A stretch of DNA of 64,000 nucleotides from an uncultured virus (IMG/VR IMGVR_UViG_3300033816_001043) (IMGVR_UViG_3300033816_001043), one strand, 5' to 3'; positions 26,325 through 36,915 are shown, counted from the first letter of the stretch. The notes: generated by a model not told the origin, from the sequence alone. A program made the numbers and translations.

Positions 26325-27350
26325 ATGCAAAAATTCGACTTTAAGGACATTACACTAGTTCCTGAAACAATTTCCACAATATCATCAAGAAGTGAAATTA
26401 ATATTTTCACACCAGAGGGGTCTCTCCCAATCATAGTTAGTCCAATGGACACTGTAGTTAACAAAGAAAATTACGAAATATTCCTAGATGAAAACCTTGA
26501 GGTATGTTTACCTAGAGGTGAAAGGCCATACTACGACAATACATTTTGGTCAATTTCTTTATCAGACTTTGAATTAATGATACATAAACATAAAACTTAT
26601 GGTACTATGGTTCATCAAAAAAGGATATTGGTTGATATTGCAAATGGTCATATGTCAAAACTATATGACTTGTGTAAGTATTTCACTGAAAATATGAAAA
26701 GTACAAACCAATTAATGATTGGAAATATTGCAAATCCTAATACATACGAGTTATTTGCCGAACTTGGTGTCGATTATATTAGAGTTGGTATTGGTGGTGG
26801 TTCAGGATGTTTAACTTCAGCAAATACTGGTGTGCATTATCCAATGGCTTCTTTAATATCAGAGTGTTATAACATCAAAAAGAAAAGAGGTTATACAACA
26901 AATATTGTTGCTGATGGTGGATTTAGAAACTATGATGATATTATCAAAGCATTAGCCCTTGGTGCCGATTATGTGATGTTAGGTGGAGTATTAAACAAAA
27001 CATTGGAATCTTGTTCTCCTGTTTATTTAGGTAAACTCATTCCATTAAATGAAAATACCTCCAAATATGTTTGGAATAATTTCAAATTCCTTAGAAAGTT
27101 TATGTATAAGAAATTTAGAGGAATGAGTACAAAAGAAGTACAGAAAAAGTGGGGTAAAAATAAGTTGATTACATCTGAGGGTATTACGAAATACAATAAG
27201 GTAGAATATACATTAGATAAATGGATTGAAAATCTTGTAGACTATCTAAAATCAGCAATGTCTTATACTAATTCAAAAACACTTGAGGAGCTCAAAGAAA
27301 CCGAATATGTGTTTATAACAGAAAATGCTTTGAAAAGATTTAATAAGTAA
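26325..27350 (+). CDS. GMP reductase / IMP dehydrogenase family protein
   Basis: SPMDTV, VDIANGH, RVGIGGGSGCLT, ADGG, FRGMS, SAMSY. Confidence 0.85.
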   Translation: MQKFDFKDITLVPETISTISSRSEINIFTPEGSLPIIVSPMDTVVNKENYEIFLDENLEVCLPRGERPYYDNTFWSISLSDFELMIHKHKTYGTMVHQKRILVDIANGHMSKLYDLCKYFTENMKSTNQLMIGNIANPNTYELFAELGVDYIRVGIGGGSGCLTSANTGVHYPMASLISECYNIKKKRGYTTNIVADGGFRNYDDIIKALALGADYVMLGGVLNKTLESCSPVYLGKLIPLNENTSKYVWNNFKFLRKFMYKKFRGMSTKEVQKKWGKNKLITSEGITKYNKVEYTLDKWIENLVDYLKSAMSYTNSKTLEELKETEYVFITENALKRFNK

Positions 27351-27352
27351 TA

Positions 27353-27622
27353 TCAAACAAAGGTAATCAGGACTTTTAATTCTTGATTACCTTTTATTAC
27401 TCTATGATATACACCTTCAGGTATATAATACTTTTCACCAATAACTAATTTTTTAGGGAATTCGTTGTCCATTTGTAAAAACCAATCATCCCCATCCAAT
27501 ATTTCAACTAATCTATTTTCCCTATCACGATGCCATTTTAATTCCTCATCGTCAACATCAGGTGAAAATGTTCTTAATCGTTTATTACCAATTATTTCTT
27601 GTTCGAAAGGTAGTTTTTCCAT
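27353..27622 (-). CDS. cupin-like protein
   Basis: WHRDRE...IPEGVYHRV. Confidence 0.7.
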   Translation of the reverse strand: MEKLPFEQEIIGNKRLRTFSPDVDDEELKWHRDRENRLVEILDGDDWFLQMDNEFPKKLVIGEKYYIPEGVYHRVIKGNQELKVLITFV

Positions 27623-28248
27623 TACCAACTAGCACTTGACTTTAAACCCAATTTTTTTGCGTGTCGACCAACATTACAACTCCAATAACCAGCAGTTGTT
27701 CTATCTTTCTTTTGGTCACACTTATGTCTTGCTCTAAATGATTTTGCTGCTTTTGGATTTCTATTTCTCACCTTTAGGTTGGGGTCACCAAATGTTACTT
27801 TCTTGATTGTTCCTTTTGGTGTTTTAACATATACCGCAAACTTTTTAGGTCCTCCTGGTGTTCTAAATGGTGAATTAAGTTTAACATTTTTTCCGTGATG
27901 TTTTGCTTCAAACAATAATTCTTCAACTTCCTCTTCATACATTGGAGCATCTAACCATACCTCATCCCCATTTTCTAATAAAACTTTTTTACCTAAATCT
28001 GACTCAACCAACCAAGTGTCCTCTTCATTCAATTCTATTTTACCATCATAATATAAGTTTCTTACCTCATTAATTAACTTAAAATATTTCTCAGAGTATA
28101 TTCTAAAAATATTTTCATTCAATGGAATCTTATTTTCCAAATGATATTTTAAATCCTCAGAAATCATACAATGTTCAGTCAATTTCATTACCGGATTTAG
28201 TGATTCTCTTAGAACTTTCTTTATTAAGTTATCTAACTTGGTACTCAT
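27622..28248 (-). CDS. hypothetical phage protein with basic C-terminal domain
   Basis: KKVTFGDP...SFRARHKC...AGYWSC. Confidence 0.7.
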   Translation of the reverse strand: MSTKLDNLIKKVLRESLNPVMKLTEHCMISEDLKYHLENKIPLNENIFRIYSEKYFKLINEVRNLYYDGKIELNEEDTWLVESDLGKKVLLENGDEVWLDAPMYEEEVEELLFEAKHHGKNVKLNSPFRTPGGPKKFAVYVKTPKGTIKKVTFGDPNLKVRNRNPKAAKSFRARHKCDQKKDRTTAGYWSCNVGRHAKKLGLKSSASW

Positions 28249-28312
28249 ATATTTTGTTTTTAAAATAAATATCCTTATATTAGTAATGATATTTTATAAT
28301 CACAATTAATAA

Positions 28313-28543
28313 ATGACTATGTTACTAATTTTATTTTTAATCGTTCATACCTTTATAAGAATATACATTTTTGCTAAAGTATTTTATCTAATGTGTATGA
28401 CTTATTATTATCCCGAAACATATCCTATTTCATTATTAACTTGGTGGATTTATTTTTTAATTTTTGATATATGGATTGACCATTTATTGAATAACAAAAA
28501 AATAGAAAAAGTAATAGAAAAAAAAGATGAGTCCATCGATTGA
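28313..28543 (+). CDS. small membrane protein
   Basis: hydrophobic ORF. Confidence 0.45.
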   Translation: MTMLLILFLIVHTFIRIYIFAKVFYLMCMTYYYPETYPISLLTWWIYFLIFDIWIDHLLNNKKIEKVIEKKDESID

Positions 28544-28572
28544 GGGATTTTTTTATTTTGTTAATCTTGTTA

Positions 28573-28580
28573 TATTTATA
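28573..28580 (+). promoter_or_regulatory. putative late promoter TATTTAT(A); also at about 36051, 37636, 42894, 58760 (+) and 21156, 25282, 47854, 52947 (-)
   Basis: recurs shortly upstream of starts on the coding strand. Confidence 0.6.
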
Positions 28581-28593
28581 AAGAAAAAAGTTT

Positions 28594-29121
28594 ATGAAAG
28601 GTTACAATATAAAAGAATCTAATATACGTAAAGTTATCCGACAAAAATTAATGGAACAAATGGAAACGTCTGAACCAAAGGAAGAAAAAAAAGTTAGATG
28701 TGTTCCTGAAAATATTATGCCATTGGAGGAAATTGTAGGAAATGCTGGAGAGTATGTAACATACGCACCTGGTGTTACAAAAAGAAAAATGGGAGTTAAT
28801 TCTATGGTAGATACTTTAGGTATTTTGAATAATTTAAGATTATTCAAAGACATCAAAGATGGTGGTTCTCACTTAGCTTACGATATGATGCACCATTTAA
28901 ATAAGTTCAGAAACAAAAATTATTACGATGAAACAACAGGTGGTTGTAATAAAGCTATGGACAAAATTATTGAATTATACAAAGAAAACGAACACGGAAC
29001 TGAACTTGTTAAAGATATTGAGAGAGTTTTAAATCTTCAAACTAAAGATGATGAATTAACTCCATCACCAAGAGCGAAAGAATACCTGAAAAGAGCTTTG
29101 GCTTTAGTTAAAGGTGAATAA
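28594..29121 (+). CDS. hypothetical protein
   Basis: 175 aa; N-terminal IKE...LMEQ. Confidence 0.7.
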   Translation: MKGYNIKESNIRKVIRQKLMEQMETSEPKEEKKVRCVPENIMPLEEIVGNAGEYVTYAPGVTKRKMGVNSMVDTLGILNNLRLFKDIKDGGSHLAYDMMHHLNKFRNKNYYDETTGGCNKAMDKIIELYKENEHGTELVKDIERVLNLQTKDDELTPSPRAKEYLKRALALVKGE

Positions 29122-29232
29122 TCTAACCTCTTAGGAGGACTATTAGGACCGTTTGCTGTTACGGCAACAAAAAAAGAGGACATCGCTACGTCCTCTTTTT
29201 CTTTTATATCCTATTTATTAAGAAAATTTACT

Positions 29233-29529
29233 ATGAAAAACAAACTATTTTTCGGATGGGAAAATATTAAATGGTTAATTAGAGAAGTTACTAATATGTA
29301 TTCATCTAAAGAATCATTTTTTTCCAAAAAAAGGATTGAGTCCGGAATCGCTTTCATCATTGCACAATGGGGAATGATTTTCTTTTTATTAGAAAAACAT
29401 TCAGTTCTAACAATGACTGATTTGATTATGTGGGCAGGTGTTGAGTTTGCAATCTCAGGTTATATTATTCACCAAATCCAAAAAGAAAAGAAAACTGAAG
29501 AACAAAAAGAAGAAACCCCCAACGAATAG
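29233..29529 (+). CDS. small two-TM membrane protein (holin-like)
   Basis: SKKRIES, two TM segments, charged tail. Confidence 0.5.
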   Translation: MKNKLFFGWENIKWLIREVTNMYSSKESFFSKKRIESGIAFIIAQWGMIFFLLEKHSVLTMTDLIMWAGVEFAISGYIIHQIQKEKKTEEQKEETPNE

Positions 29530-29545
29530 TCAGGGGTTTTTTGTT

Positions 29546-31411
29546 TTACTTTACTTCTTCAAACTCTACATCTGAACCTGTAAAACCATCAGTGTTTTCA
29601 GTTTGTTCACTCACATTACTATAAAGTTCTTGGGTAATTTTTTGCATAATTGAATTAACATTATCTAACGCAGGGTCAATTTTTTCAATTTCACCAGTGT
29701 TTTTAGCCTCTTTTAATTCCTCCAAACCTTTTTTAACTTCTTCTTTGTGTTCATCAGAGATTTTTTCATCCAAATCCTTCAAAGTTTTCTCAATATTAAA
29801 GATTGTACTATCAGCCTCATTGATTTTTTCAGCTTTTTCTTTAGCTAATTTATCACTTTCAGCATTTTCCTCAGCTTCTCTCTTCATTCTGTCGATTTCT
29901 TCTTGTGAAAGTCCAGATGATGACTCAATTCTAATCGTTTGTTGTTTGTTTGTTCCCTTGTCTAAGGCCGAAACATTGATAATACCATTTGCATCGATGT
30001 CAAAAGTAACTTCGATTTGAGGAATACCTCTCATTGATGGTGGAATACCATCTAAATGGAATCTACCAATAGTTCTGTTGTCTTTTGCCATTGGTCTTTC
30101 ACCTTGTATTACGTGAATTTCAACAGAAGGTTGATTATCTACCGCAGTTGAGAAGATTTGTGACTTTTTGGTTGGAATTGTTGTATTTGCTTCGATTAAT
30201 CTTGTCATTACACCACCCATTGTCTCAATTCCTAATGAAAGTGGGGTAACATCCAATAAAAGAACATCTTTTACATCACCAGCTAATACACCACCTTGAA
30301 TCGCAGCACCCAAAGCAACAACTTCGTCAGGATTTACACCTTTTGACGCTTCTTTTCCGAAAAACTTCTTAACTGCTTCTTGAATTGCAGGGATTCTAGT
30401 AGAACCACCAACCAAAATAACCTCATCAATGTCATTAATTGTCAATCCAGCGTTTTTAAGAGCTGATTTACAAGGTGCAATCGTTCTTTCAACCAATTTA
30501 TCAATAATTTGTTCAAACTTTGCTCTTGTAAGTGTTTTTACAAGGTGTTTTGGTTGATTATCAATTACCATAAAGTAAGGTAAGTTAATTTCAGTACTTT
30601 GAGATGAAGATAATTCAATTTTTGCCTTCTCAGCTGCCTCTCTTAACCTTTGGATTGCCATAGAATCATCATTCCAAGCACCATTGTTCTCATTTTTGAA
30701 CTCGTTTTTTAACCAATCAGAAATAGCATTGTCAAAGTCATCACCACCTAAGTGTGTATCACCATCGGTTGATAATACTTCAAATACACCACCACCTAAT
30801 TCTAGTACAGATACATCGTGTGTACCCCCACCACAGTCAAAAACAACGATTTTAGAGTCCTTGTTTTTCTTATCAAGACCATAAGCAAGAGCAGCTGCAG
30901 TTGGTTCATTGATAATTCTCTTAACTTTCAGACCCGCAATCTCACCAGCTTCTTTTGTTGCTTGTCTTTGAGCATCATTGAAGTAAGCAGGAACTGTGAT
31001 AACGGCTTCAGTTACTTCTTGACCCAAATAATCTTCAGCAGTTTGTTTCATTTTCTGTAACACCATTGCTGAGATTTCTTGAGGTGAGAATTGTTTATCA
31101 TCAATCTCTACTCTTGGGGTGTTGTTTTTCCCTTTTACGACCTTATAAGGAACTCTCTTAACCTCTGACTTGGTTTCGTCATAATTTGAGCCCATAAAGC
31201 GTTTGATTGAATAAATTGTTTTGTCAGGATTGGTTACAGCTTGTCTTTTTGCTGGGTCTCCAATCTTTCTTTCACCATTGTCAACAAATCCAATGATTGA
31301 AGGGGTTGTTCTTTTACCTTCATTGTTTGTTATTACAATTGGTTCTCCATTTTCCATTACGGCTACACACGAGTTTGTAGTCCCTAAATCGATTCCAATA
31401 ATTTTACTCAT
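29546..31411 (-). CDS. dnaK: Hsp70 chaperone DnaK (start revised to [14 protein letters not shown])
   Basis: [36 protein letters not shown]. Confidence 0.97.
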   Translation of the reverse strand: MSKIIGIDLGTTNSCVAVMENGEPIVITNNEGKRTTPSIIGFVDNGERKIGDPAKRQAVTNPDKTIYSIKRFMGSNYDETKSEVKRVPYKVVKGKNNTPRVEIDDKQFSPQEISAMVLQKMKQTAEDYLGQEVTEAVITVPAYFNDAQRQATKEAGEIAGLKVKRIINEPTAAALAYGLDKKNKDSKIVVFDCGGGTHDVSVLELGGGVFEVLSTDGDTHLGGDDFDNAISDWLKNEFKNENNGAWNDDSMAIQRLREAAEKAKIELSSSQSTEINLPYFMVIDNQPKHLVKTLTRAKFEQIIDKLVERTIAPCKSALKNAGLTINDIDEVILVGGSTRIPAIQEAVKKFFGKEASKGVNPDEVVALGAAIQGGVLAGDVKDVLLLDVTPLSLGIETMGGVMTRLIEANTTIPTKKSQIFSTAVDNQPSVEIHVIQGERPMAKDNRTIGRFHLDGIPPSMRGIPQIEVTFDIDANGIINVSALDKGTNKQQTIRIESSSGLSQEEIDRMKREAEENAESDKLAKEKAEKINEADSTIFNIEKTLKDLDEKISDEHKEEVKKGLEELKEAKNTGEIEKIDPALDNVNSIMQKITQELYSNVSEQTENTDGFTGSDVEFEEVK

Positions 31412-31510
31412 ATTTTGTTCGTTTTTGTTTGAATTATATTGTTTATTTTTTATGTAGTCAATTCTACTCACAAACATTTGTTATAAAAAATTAATCCAAA
31501 CCTTTTTAAC

Positions 31511-31525
31511 CTGACAAATTGTCAG
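31511..31525. promoter_or_regulatory. palindrome CTGACA-AAT-TGTCAG upstream of dnaK
   Basis: inverted repeat; related motifs at 56539-58044. Confidence 0.45.
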
Positions 31526-31616
31526 TTTTAATGACAAAACATAATTTTTTTTATTATTTTTATAAAAAAATTGATTTTTCTAAAATCTTATCGTATTTAT
31601 TCCTAAAAGAAAAAAA

Positions 31617-31652
31617 ATGGACATCAATCTAAACAACATATACAATTTTTAA
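31617..31652 (+). CDS. Asn-rich leader peptide MDINLNNIYNF
   Basis: 11 codons, 4 Asn, directly followed by a terminator. Confidence 0.6.
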   Translation: MDINLNNIYNF

Positions 31653-31657
31653 TTCAT

Positions 31658-31688
31658 AACCCCCTTATTATTAGGGGGCTTTTTTTTA
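31658..31688 (+). terminator. attenuator-like terminator upstream of the AsnRS-like gene
   Basis: CCCCCT-TATTATT-AGGGGG followed by a T-run, inside the 5' leader. Confidence 0.75.
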
Positions 31689-31717
31689 TAAACCAATAAA
31701 CAAAATTAATAACAAAA

Positions 31718-32551
31718 ATGAAAAACACACAAATCTACAACGAGTTAGTACAAAAGATGAGAAACTTTTTCCAAGCCAAAGGTTTCTTGGAGGTTCCAAC
31801 ACAATCTAGACTTTCAATCCTTGCCGCTTGTGAAAATCCACATAGCATCACAAAATTTGAATATTCAGGTGAAATTTGGCCTTTACCACAAACAGGTCAA
31901 ATGTGGTTGGAATATGAATTACTTCTAAATCCTGAATTTCCTGGTGTATATTGTATCTCCACATCATACAGACAAGAAGCAAACCCAATCCCTGGTCGTC
32001 ACGACTTAATCTTCCCTATGTTCGAAGTTGAAACAAAAGGAACTAAAGAAGATATGGTTAAACTTCAAGCGGAAATGTTAGAATATTTGGGATTTGATAT
32101 TCCAATAGTTGTAGATTATAATGAACTTTGTGAAAAATACGGAACTGAAATCCTTGAAGCTGAACACGAAACAAAAATGTGGAATGAAATCGGTGATTCT
32201 ATCTCACTTCAAAACTTCCCATTGAGAACAAATCCTTTTTGGAATATGCAAAAGGGTGAAGGTGACAAATTCCAAAAGGTTGATGTTATCCTTTTCGGTC
32301 AAGAAACAATCGGTTCTGCTGAAAGAAGTTGTGATAAAGAAAGTATGAAAGAAATGTTCTACACAATCGAAGGTGGGAACTACTCAGCAAAACTTTTTGA
32401 ATTATTTGGTAAGGAAAGAGTAGAAAAAGAATTGGAACATTTCTTATCTTTGGATTTCTTCCCAAGATTTGGATGGGGTTGTGGCCTTACAAGATTGGCA
32501 AGAGCTTATGAATTGAATCTTACAAAAAAACTTACTGAAGCAATCATTTAA
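31718..32551 (+). CDS. class IIb aminoacyl-tRNA synthetase catalytic-domain paralog (AsnRS-like; possible asparagine synthetase)
   Basis: motif 1 RNFFQAKGFLEVPT, motif 2 SYRQE...RH..F.M.E, motif 3 GWGCGLTRL; no anticodon-binding domain. Confidence 0.8.
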   Translation: MKNTQIYNELVQKMRNFFQAKGFLEVPTQSRLSILAACENPHSITKFEYSGEIWPLPQTGQMWLEYELLLNPEFPGVYCISTSYRQEANPIPGRHDLIFPMFEVETKGTKEDMVKLQAEMLEYLGFDIPIVVDYNELCEKYGTEILEAEHETKMWNEIGDSISLQNFPLRTNPFWNMQKGEGDKFQKVDVILFGQETIGSAERSCDKESMKEMFYTIEGGNYSAKLFELFGKERVEKELEHFLSLDFFPRFGWGCGLTRLARAYELNLTKKLTEAII

Positions 32552-32553
32552 TT

Positions 32554-32739
32554 ATGGCGAAAAAACTAAACCCTGAACCTCAAATGACACAAGATACCAA
32601 ATCAGAAGTTGTTATAGACCACGGAGATATCATCCAAATATGGAAATATGACAAAAAATTGGGTAGAAATGCCTATGAAGTGGAAAATGTTTATAAAGGG
32701 GAAGCTAAGTTTAGTAAATTAAAAAAGGGGTCGAAATAG
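32554..32739 (+). CDS. hypothetical protein
   Basis: ORF. Confidence 0.55.
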   Translation: MAKKLNPEPQMTQDTKSEVVIDHGDIIQIWKYDKKLGRNAYEVENVYKGEAKFSKLKKGSK

Positions 32740-32751
32740 ACCCCCTTTTTT

Positions 32752-33429
32752 TTATTCTTTTTCCTCTTTTCCTGAGTATTTAACCCCCATTATTGTACCG
32801 ATTATACTAAATGCGTTAGTTAATAATATACCTAACATATTTGACCAAGTAGAACCAATCATTTGTGTATCTTTGTTTATTACTAAAGCCAAAATATACA
32901 TAAATGTGGTTATAATACCGATAGATATAATAACACCTAATGCAATTCTCACGATGTTACCAATTAATTCGGTTTGTTTTTTCTTTTGTAGAACATCCAA
33001 ATCATTAACCGCTGCAGTTTTGGCTTCTTCTGCTTGGATTCTTGCTAATTCTGACTTGGCCATCTCTTGTTGAAGTTCCACACTCATTCTTTGGTTGTCT
33101 TGTTGCCAAGCAAGTAACTCTCTATTTTGAACTTCGAAAGTCATTTTTGCCTCCTCAACCTCTTTCAAAGAAACTTGGAGTTCATCCATTATTCTTTGAT
33201 TTTCAGTATTGAGTTCAATTAGTTCTTTGTTCTTTTCCTGAACTTGTTTTGTTATTTCTAACCTTTTTTTTCTTGTTTCTTTATCTTTATCCTTACAATT
33301 CTCAACATATTTAGCAAAATCAGGGTCATCTGAAGAGTCAATAATCTTCAAAATATTACCTTCTAAACCAATATTTTTCTTTTCGAGTAATTCTATTAAC
33401 TCTTGTTTTGTTTCCTTATTAAATTTCAT
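32752..33429 (-). CDS. coiled-coil protein with two C-terminal TM helices
   Basis: heptad-rich region; coupled to the response regulator. Confidence 0.75.
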   Translation of the reverse strand: MKFNKETKQELIELLEKKNIGLEGNILKIIDSSDDPDFAKYVENCKDKDKETRKKRLEITKQVQEKNKELIELNTENQRIMDELQVSLKEVEEAKMTFEVQNRELLAWQQDNQRMSVELQQEMAKSELARIQAEEAKTAAVNDLDVLQKKKQTELIGNIVRIALGVIISIGIITTFMYILALVINKDTQMIGSTWSNMLGILLTNAFSIIGTIMGVKYSGKEEKE

Positions 33430-33863
33430 TATTTATACACCTTAAATGAGGCAGTTCTTTTTTTATAGCCTTCATAATCTTTTTTGAATTCTTCTAATCT
33501 AGGTTCGATATCATCAGATTTTATAATCCAAAATTGTGCGCCAGCTTGAACAGCTTTAGCTTGTTCTTCAGGTTCATTAGATGAGGATATAATCCCTATA
33601 ACCACATTATTACCATACTCAAAGTTAATCTTTCTAATCAATTCTATACCATCAAAGGAAGAACCAATTATATTTAAATCAACAAATACACACTCAGGTC
33701 TATCTGAATAATCACCACCCAACCATTTTTGAAAAAGTTTAGCGGCTTCATCAGAACTATTCAATGATTTTAGTGATAAACTAATATCTAATAAAGAACA
33801 AGCGTCTTCAAAAACTAAATGGAACAAGTCCTCATCATCTACCAACATTAACGAATCAATCAT
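33429..33863 (-). CDS. single-domain response regulator
   Basis: LVDDED, VFVDLN (phospho-Asp), ISSS, IIKS. Confidence 0.85.
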   Translation of the reverse strand: MIDSLMLVDDEDLFHLVFEDACSLLDISLSLKSLNSSDEAAKLFQKWLGGDYSDRPECVFVDLNIIGSSFDGIELIRKINFEYGNNVVIGIISSSNEPEEQAKAVQAGAQFWIIKSDDIEPRLEEFKKDYEGYKKRTASFKVYK

Positions 33864-33877
33864 TTTTTGTTTTTTTT

Positions 33878-36001
33878 TTATTTTATGTTTATTTTCATTT
33901 TAGTACCAATATCATTTTTTTCACATGTAATTTCAAATCCGTGTTCTTCTAAAATTGCAACACAAATATTTAACCCTAATCCTGTACCACTCTCTTTTTG
34001 TCCTTCTTTTCTTGTATATGGTTTTGATAAATGGTCGAAATCTTGTTGAGTGATTCCTCTACCATTATCTTGTATTATTAACAAATCCCCCTCCATAAAT
34101 ATTTTAACAAATTTCGTATCAGAATCGTTATATTTCAAACCATTTCTTATCAGATTATCAATTGATGTACAAAACAATGACTCATTCACATCTTTAGTTA
34201 TTAATTCCTCGATATGAACCTGACTTTTGTATGAGGTTGTTGTTAAGTAACTTTCTAAAATACTTTTTAGATTACATTCTGTTTTATTTAATACAACATC
34301 TTTTTTTACTAAGTTTGTAAATTCATAAACACCTTTATAAACTTTTTGAGCATGGCTCAACCCATCTTTAATCATTTTAAATGGTGCTGTTATTTTTAAC
34401 TCCTCTATTTGTTCAATAGTTAATCTTCGTTCTAATGAACTAACTCCCCTAGGTATGTATGTGTTAATACCTGAGTGCATATCGTGTCTTAGAATCTTTG
34501 CTGCGTGTTCTAAATAAGTGTTCTTTTTCTCAATTTCTATTGATTGTGTAATTCTATCAGTTATATCTGTTGCAATTTTCATTACTCTTTGTACTTTACC
34601 ATCTATATCAAATACAGGATTATATGAAGCTTGAATCCAAACTTTGTTTTTATCTTTAGTAAACCTTAAAAACTCATCAGTAACATATTCTCCACTTTTT
34701 AACAATTTCCAAAACTCTTTATATTCAGGAGATTTTGAATATTCCTTTGAAACAAAAATCTTATGATGTTTACCTTTTAATTCTTTTTCTTCATAACCCA
34801 TTTTTTCACAGAATAAACTATTAGCAAACATAATTTTACCATCCAAATCAAACTCAATAACCATATTCGATGTATTAATAGCATTCATCCTATTTTTTAT
34901 ATCAATTTCTTTTTTCTTGACTTCTGTTACATCATATCTGATTGACATATACCCCAAAAACTTACCATTTTCATCAAAATCACCTTTTATATATGAATCA
35001 ACCCAATATAAGTTACCATTTTTATCCCTATTTGTAACAATCTCATTCCAAATCTTTTTCTCAACGACAACATCTTTGTACATATTAGCCCAAAACTCCT
35101 TGGGATGTTTACCCGAATTAACAATACTATGGTCTTTTCCTCTTACTTCATCTAAAGACCATCCAGATACTTCCTCAAACTTTTTATTTACATATGTTAT
35201 TCTACCTTTATTGTCCGCTTTAGAAACCAAAACAGATGTATCAACAAACTTTTCGAACTCTTGTAAATTACCTCTCAAAATATTACTTTCTTTAACCGAA
35301 TAAGCAAAAGAATATAGTGATGATAACATTTGAGCAAAGTTAACTTCTAATCCAATCCATTCCCTTAATGTTTTACTCTCAATACACACAACACCAATTA
35401 CATCGCCTCTGTACATAATTGGAACATCCAACATAGATTTAATACCAAGGGGTTTCAAATACCCTTCAACAAAACAATATGTTGCGGTATGAGTTTCAGC
35501 ATTGTTTGCAATAATAATCGGATTGATTTCTAAGTGTTCAAAATAGGCGATAAAATCTTTTTTATACATTTCCGCCCCACTATACCATTCATCTTCTTTT
35601 TTAATATAAAGTTGTTGACAGATAATTGAGGTTTTATCTGAATTATATAACCAAATTGAACATCTATCAGCATCAATTGATTCTGTTACTTCCTTTGTTA
35701 AAGTTTTTGCCCCATCCTTTACATTTCCTTGATAAAATAATGAATTGTGTGATTGTGATATAAGAACTTTGTTAAGTTTTTTGGAGTATTGTGTTAATTT
35801 TATATTATGTTTTAATTTATTAGTATATTCTTTTACCAAGATTGAAAAGAATGGTAAAAAAACAATAAAACAAGATAATTCAATTATTTTGATTAATTGT
35901 AGTGCGTCATTTATAAAAAATAATGAAATCATCTTCATTATAAAGAAAATTGACATAATTAAAACTGAAAAGTAAATAGAAATTTTAACCTTGATTGACA
36001 T
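33878..36001 (-). CDS. membrane sensor histidine kinase (2TM-GAF-PAS-PAS-HisKA-HATPase)
   Basis: ADRCSIW GAF, two PAS/PAC, RHDM H-box, NLIRNGLKY, DNGRG, GTGLGL. Confidence 0.9.
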   Translation of the reverse strand: MSIKVKISIYFSVLIMSIFFIMKMISLFFINDALQLIKIIELSCFIVFLPFFSILVKEYTNKLKHNIKLTQYSKKLNKVLISQSHNSLFYQGNVKDGAKTLTKEVTESIDADRCSIWLYNSDKTSIICQQLYIKKEDEWYSGAEMYKKDFIAYFEHLEINPIIIANNAETHTATYCFVEGYLKPLGIKSMLDVPIMYRGDVIGVVCIESKTLREWIGLEVNFAQMLSSLYSFAYSVKESNILRGNLQEFEKFVDTSVLVSKADNKGRITYVNKKFEEVSGWSLDEVRGKDHSIVNSGKHPKEFWANMYKDVVVEKKIWNEIVTNRDKNGNLYWVDSYIKGDFDENGKFLGYMSIRYDVTEVKKKEIDIKNRMNAINTSNMVIEFDLDGKIMFANSLFCEKMGYEEKELKGKHHKIFVSKEYSKSPEYKEFWKLLKSGEYVTDEFLRFTKDKNKVWIQASYNPVFDIDGKVQRVMKIATDITDRITQSIEIEKKNTYLEHAAKILRHDMHSGINTYIPRGVSSLERRLTIEQIEELKITAPFKMIKDGLSHAQKVYKGVYEFTNLVKKDVVLNKTECNLKSILESYLTTTSYKSQVHIEELITKDVNESLFCTSIDNLIRNGLKYNDSDTKFVKIFMEGDLLIIQDNGRGITQQDFDHLSKPYTRKEGQKESGTGLGLNICVAILEEHGFEITCEKNDIGTKMKINIK

Positions 36002-36075
36002 AATTGATAACTTTTTTTTATATAAATACTAACTGAACCTAGTTAATTGGTATTTATAAAAAAAACTATAAAACT

Positions 36076-36879
36076 ATGTTAAAAATCGGTTCACAAGGAG
36101 AATTAGTTAAACAACTCCAAACAAAATTAGGCGTTACTGCCGATGGTGCATTCGGTCCTGGTACTGACAAAGCACTTAAAGAATGGCAAACTAAAAATGG
36201 TTTAGTTGCTGATGGTATTGCAGGTCCTGCAACACTTGAGAAAATGGGGGTATCTCTTCCAAAAGTCGAAAAAGAGACATTAAAATTGGACAAACTTAAA
36301 GGACAAATTCCTGATTCAGTAATCAATGAAATTAATGCCAATGGTGAAAAGTTCGGTATTATCACGAATTTGAGATTGACACACTTTTTAGCACAATGTT
36401 CAACAGAATCAGGTAACTTCAAAGCTGTTAATGAGAATCTTAATTACTCAAAGGATGGTTTGATGAAAATTTTTCCAAAGTATTTTCCTGGTAACTTAGC
36501 TGAATCTTACGCTTATAAACCTGAGAAAATTGCATCTCGTGTTTATGGAAGTAGATTGGGTAATGGTGATGAAACAACTAAAGAAGGTTGGAAATATCGT
36601 GGAGCAGGTTTTATACAGTTGACAGGAAAAGACAACTTCAAAAAATTTGGTGAGTTTTTAGGTGAAGATTTAGTAACAAATCCAGACTTAGTTGCAACGA
36701 AATACCCTTTAACTTCCGCAGCATTCTTTTTCAATAGTAACAATCTTTGGTCTGTTTGCGACCGTGGTACTGGTGAAGATGTTGTAACAGAAGTAAGTAG
36801 AAGAGTAAATGGTGGATTCAATGGTTTAGACCACAGAAAACACGAGTTCAAAAGATTCGAAAAATTACTTTTAGCTTAA
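36076..36879 (+). CDS. endolysin: PG-binding domain + GH19 chitinase-like domain
   Basis: ADGAFGPGT, HFLAQ..ESG, YRGAGFIQLTGKDN, VNGG.NGL. Confidence 0.88.
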   Translation: MLKIGSQGELVKQLQTKLGVTADGAFGPGTDKALKEWQTKNGLVADGIAGPATLEKMGVSLPKVEKETLKLDKLKGQIPDSVINEINANGEKFGIITNLRLTHFLAQCSTESGNFKAVNENLNYSKDGLMKIFPKYFPGNLAESYAYKPEKIASRVYGSRLGNGDETTKEGWKYRGAGFIQLTGKDNFKKFGEFLGEDLVTNPDLVATKYPLTSAAFFFNSNNLWSVCDRGTGEDVVTEVSRRVNGGFNGLDHRKHEFKRFEKLLLA

Positions 36880-36887
36880 AAAAATTA

Positions 36888-36913
36888 AACCCCACTTTTT
36901 AGGTGGGGTTTTT
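36888..36913. terminator. bidirectional terminator; CCCCAC/GTGGGG family also at about 47871, 49390, 52971, 54751
   Basis: hairpin flanked by A/T runs between convergent genes. Confidence 0.7.
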
Positions 36914-36915
36914 TA

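Noticed and set aside
16273..31457. Many opposite-strand ORFs within TROVE, dnaK and the large genes
   Set aside because: Antisense shadows of well-supported genes with no recognisable motifs.
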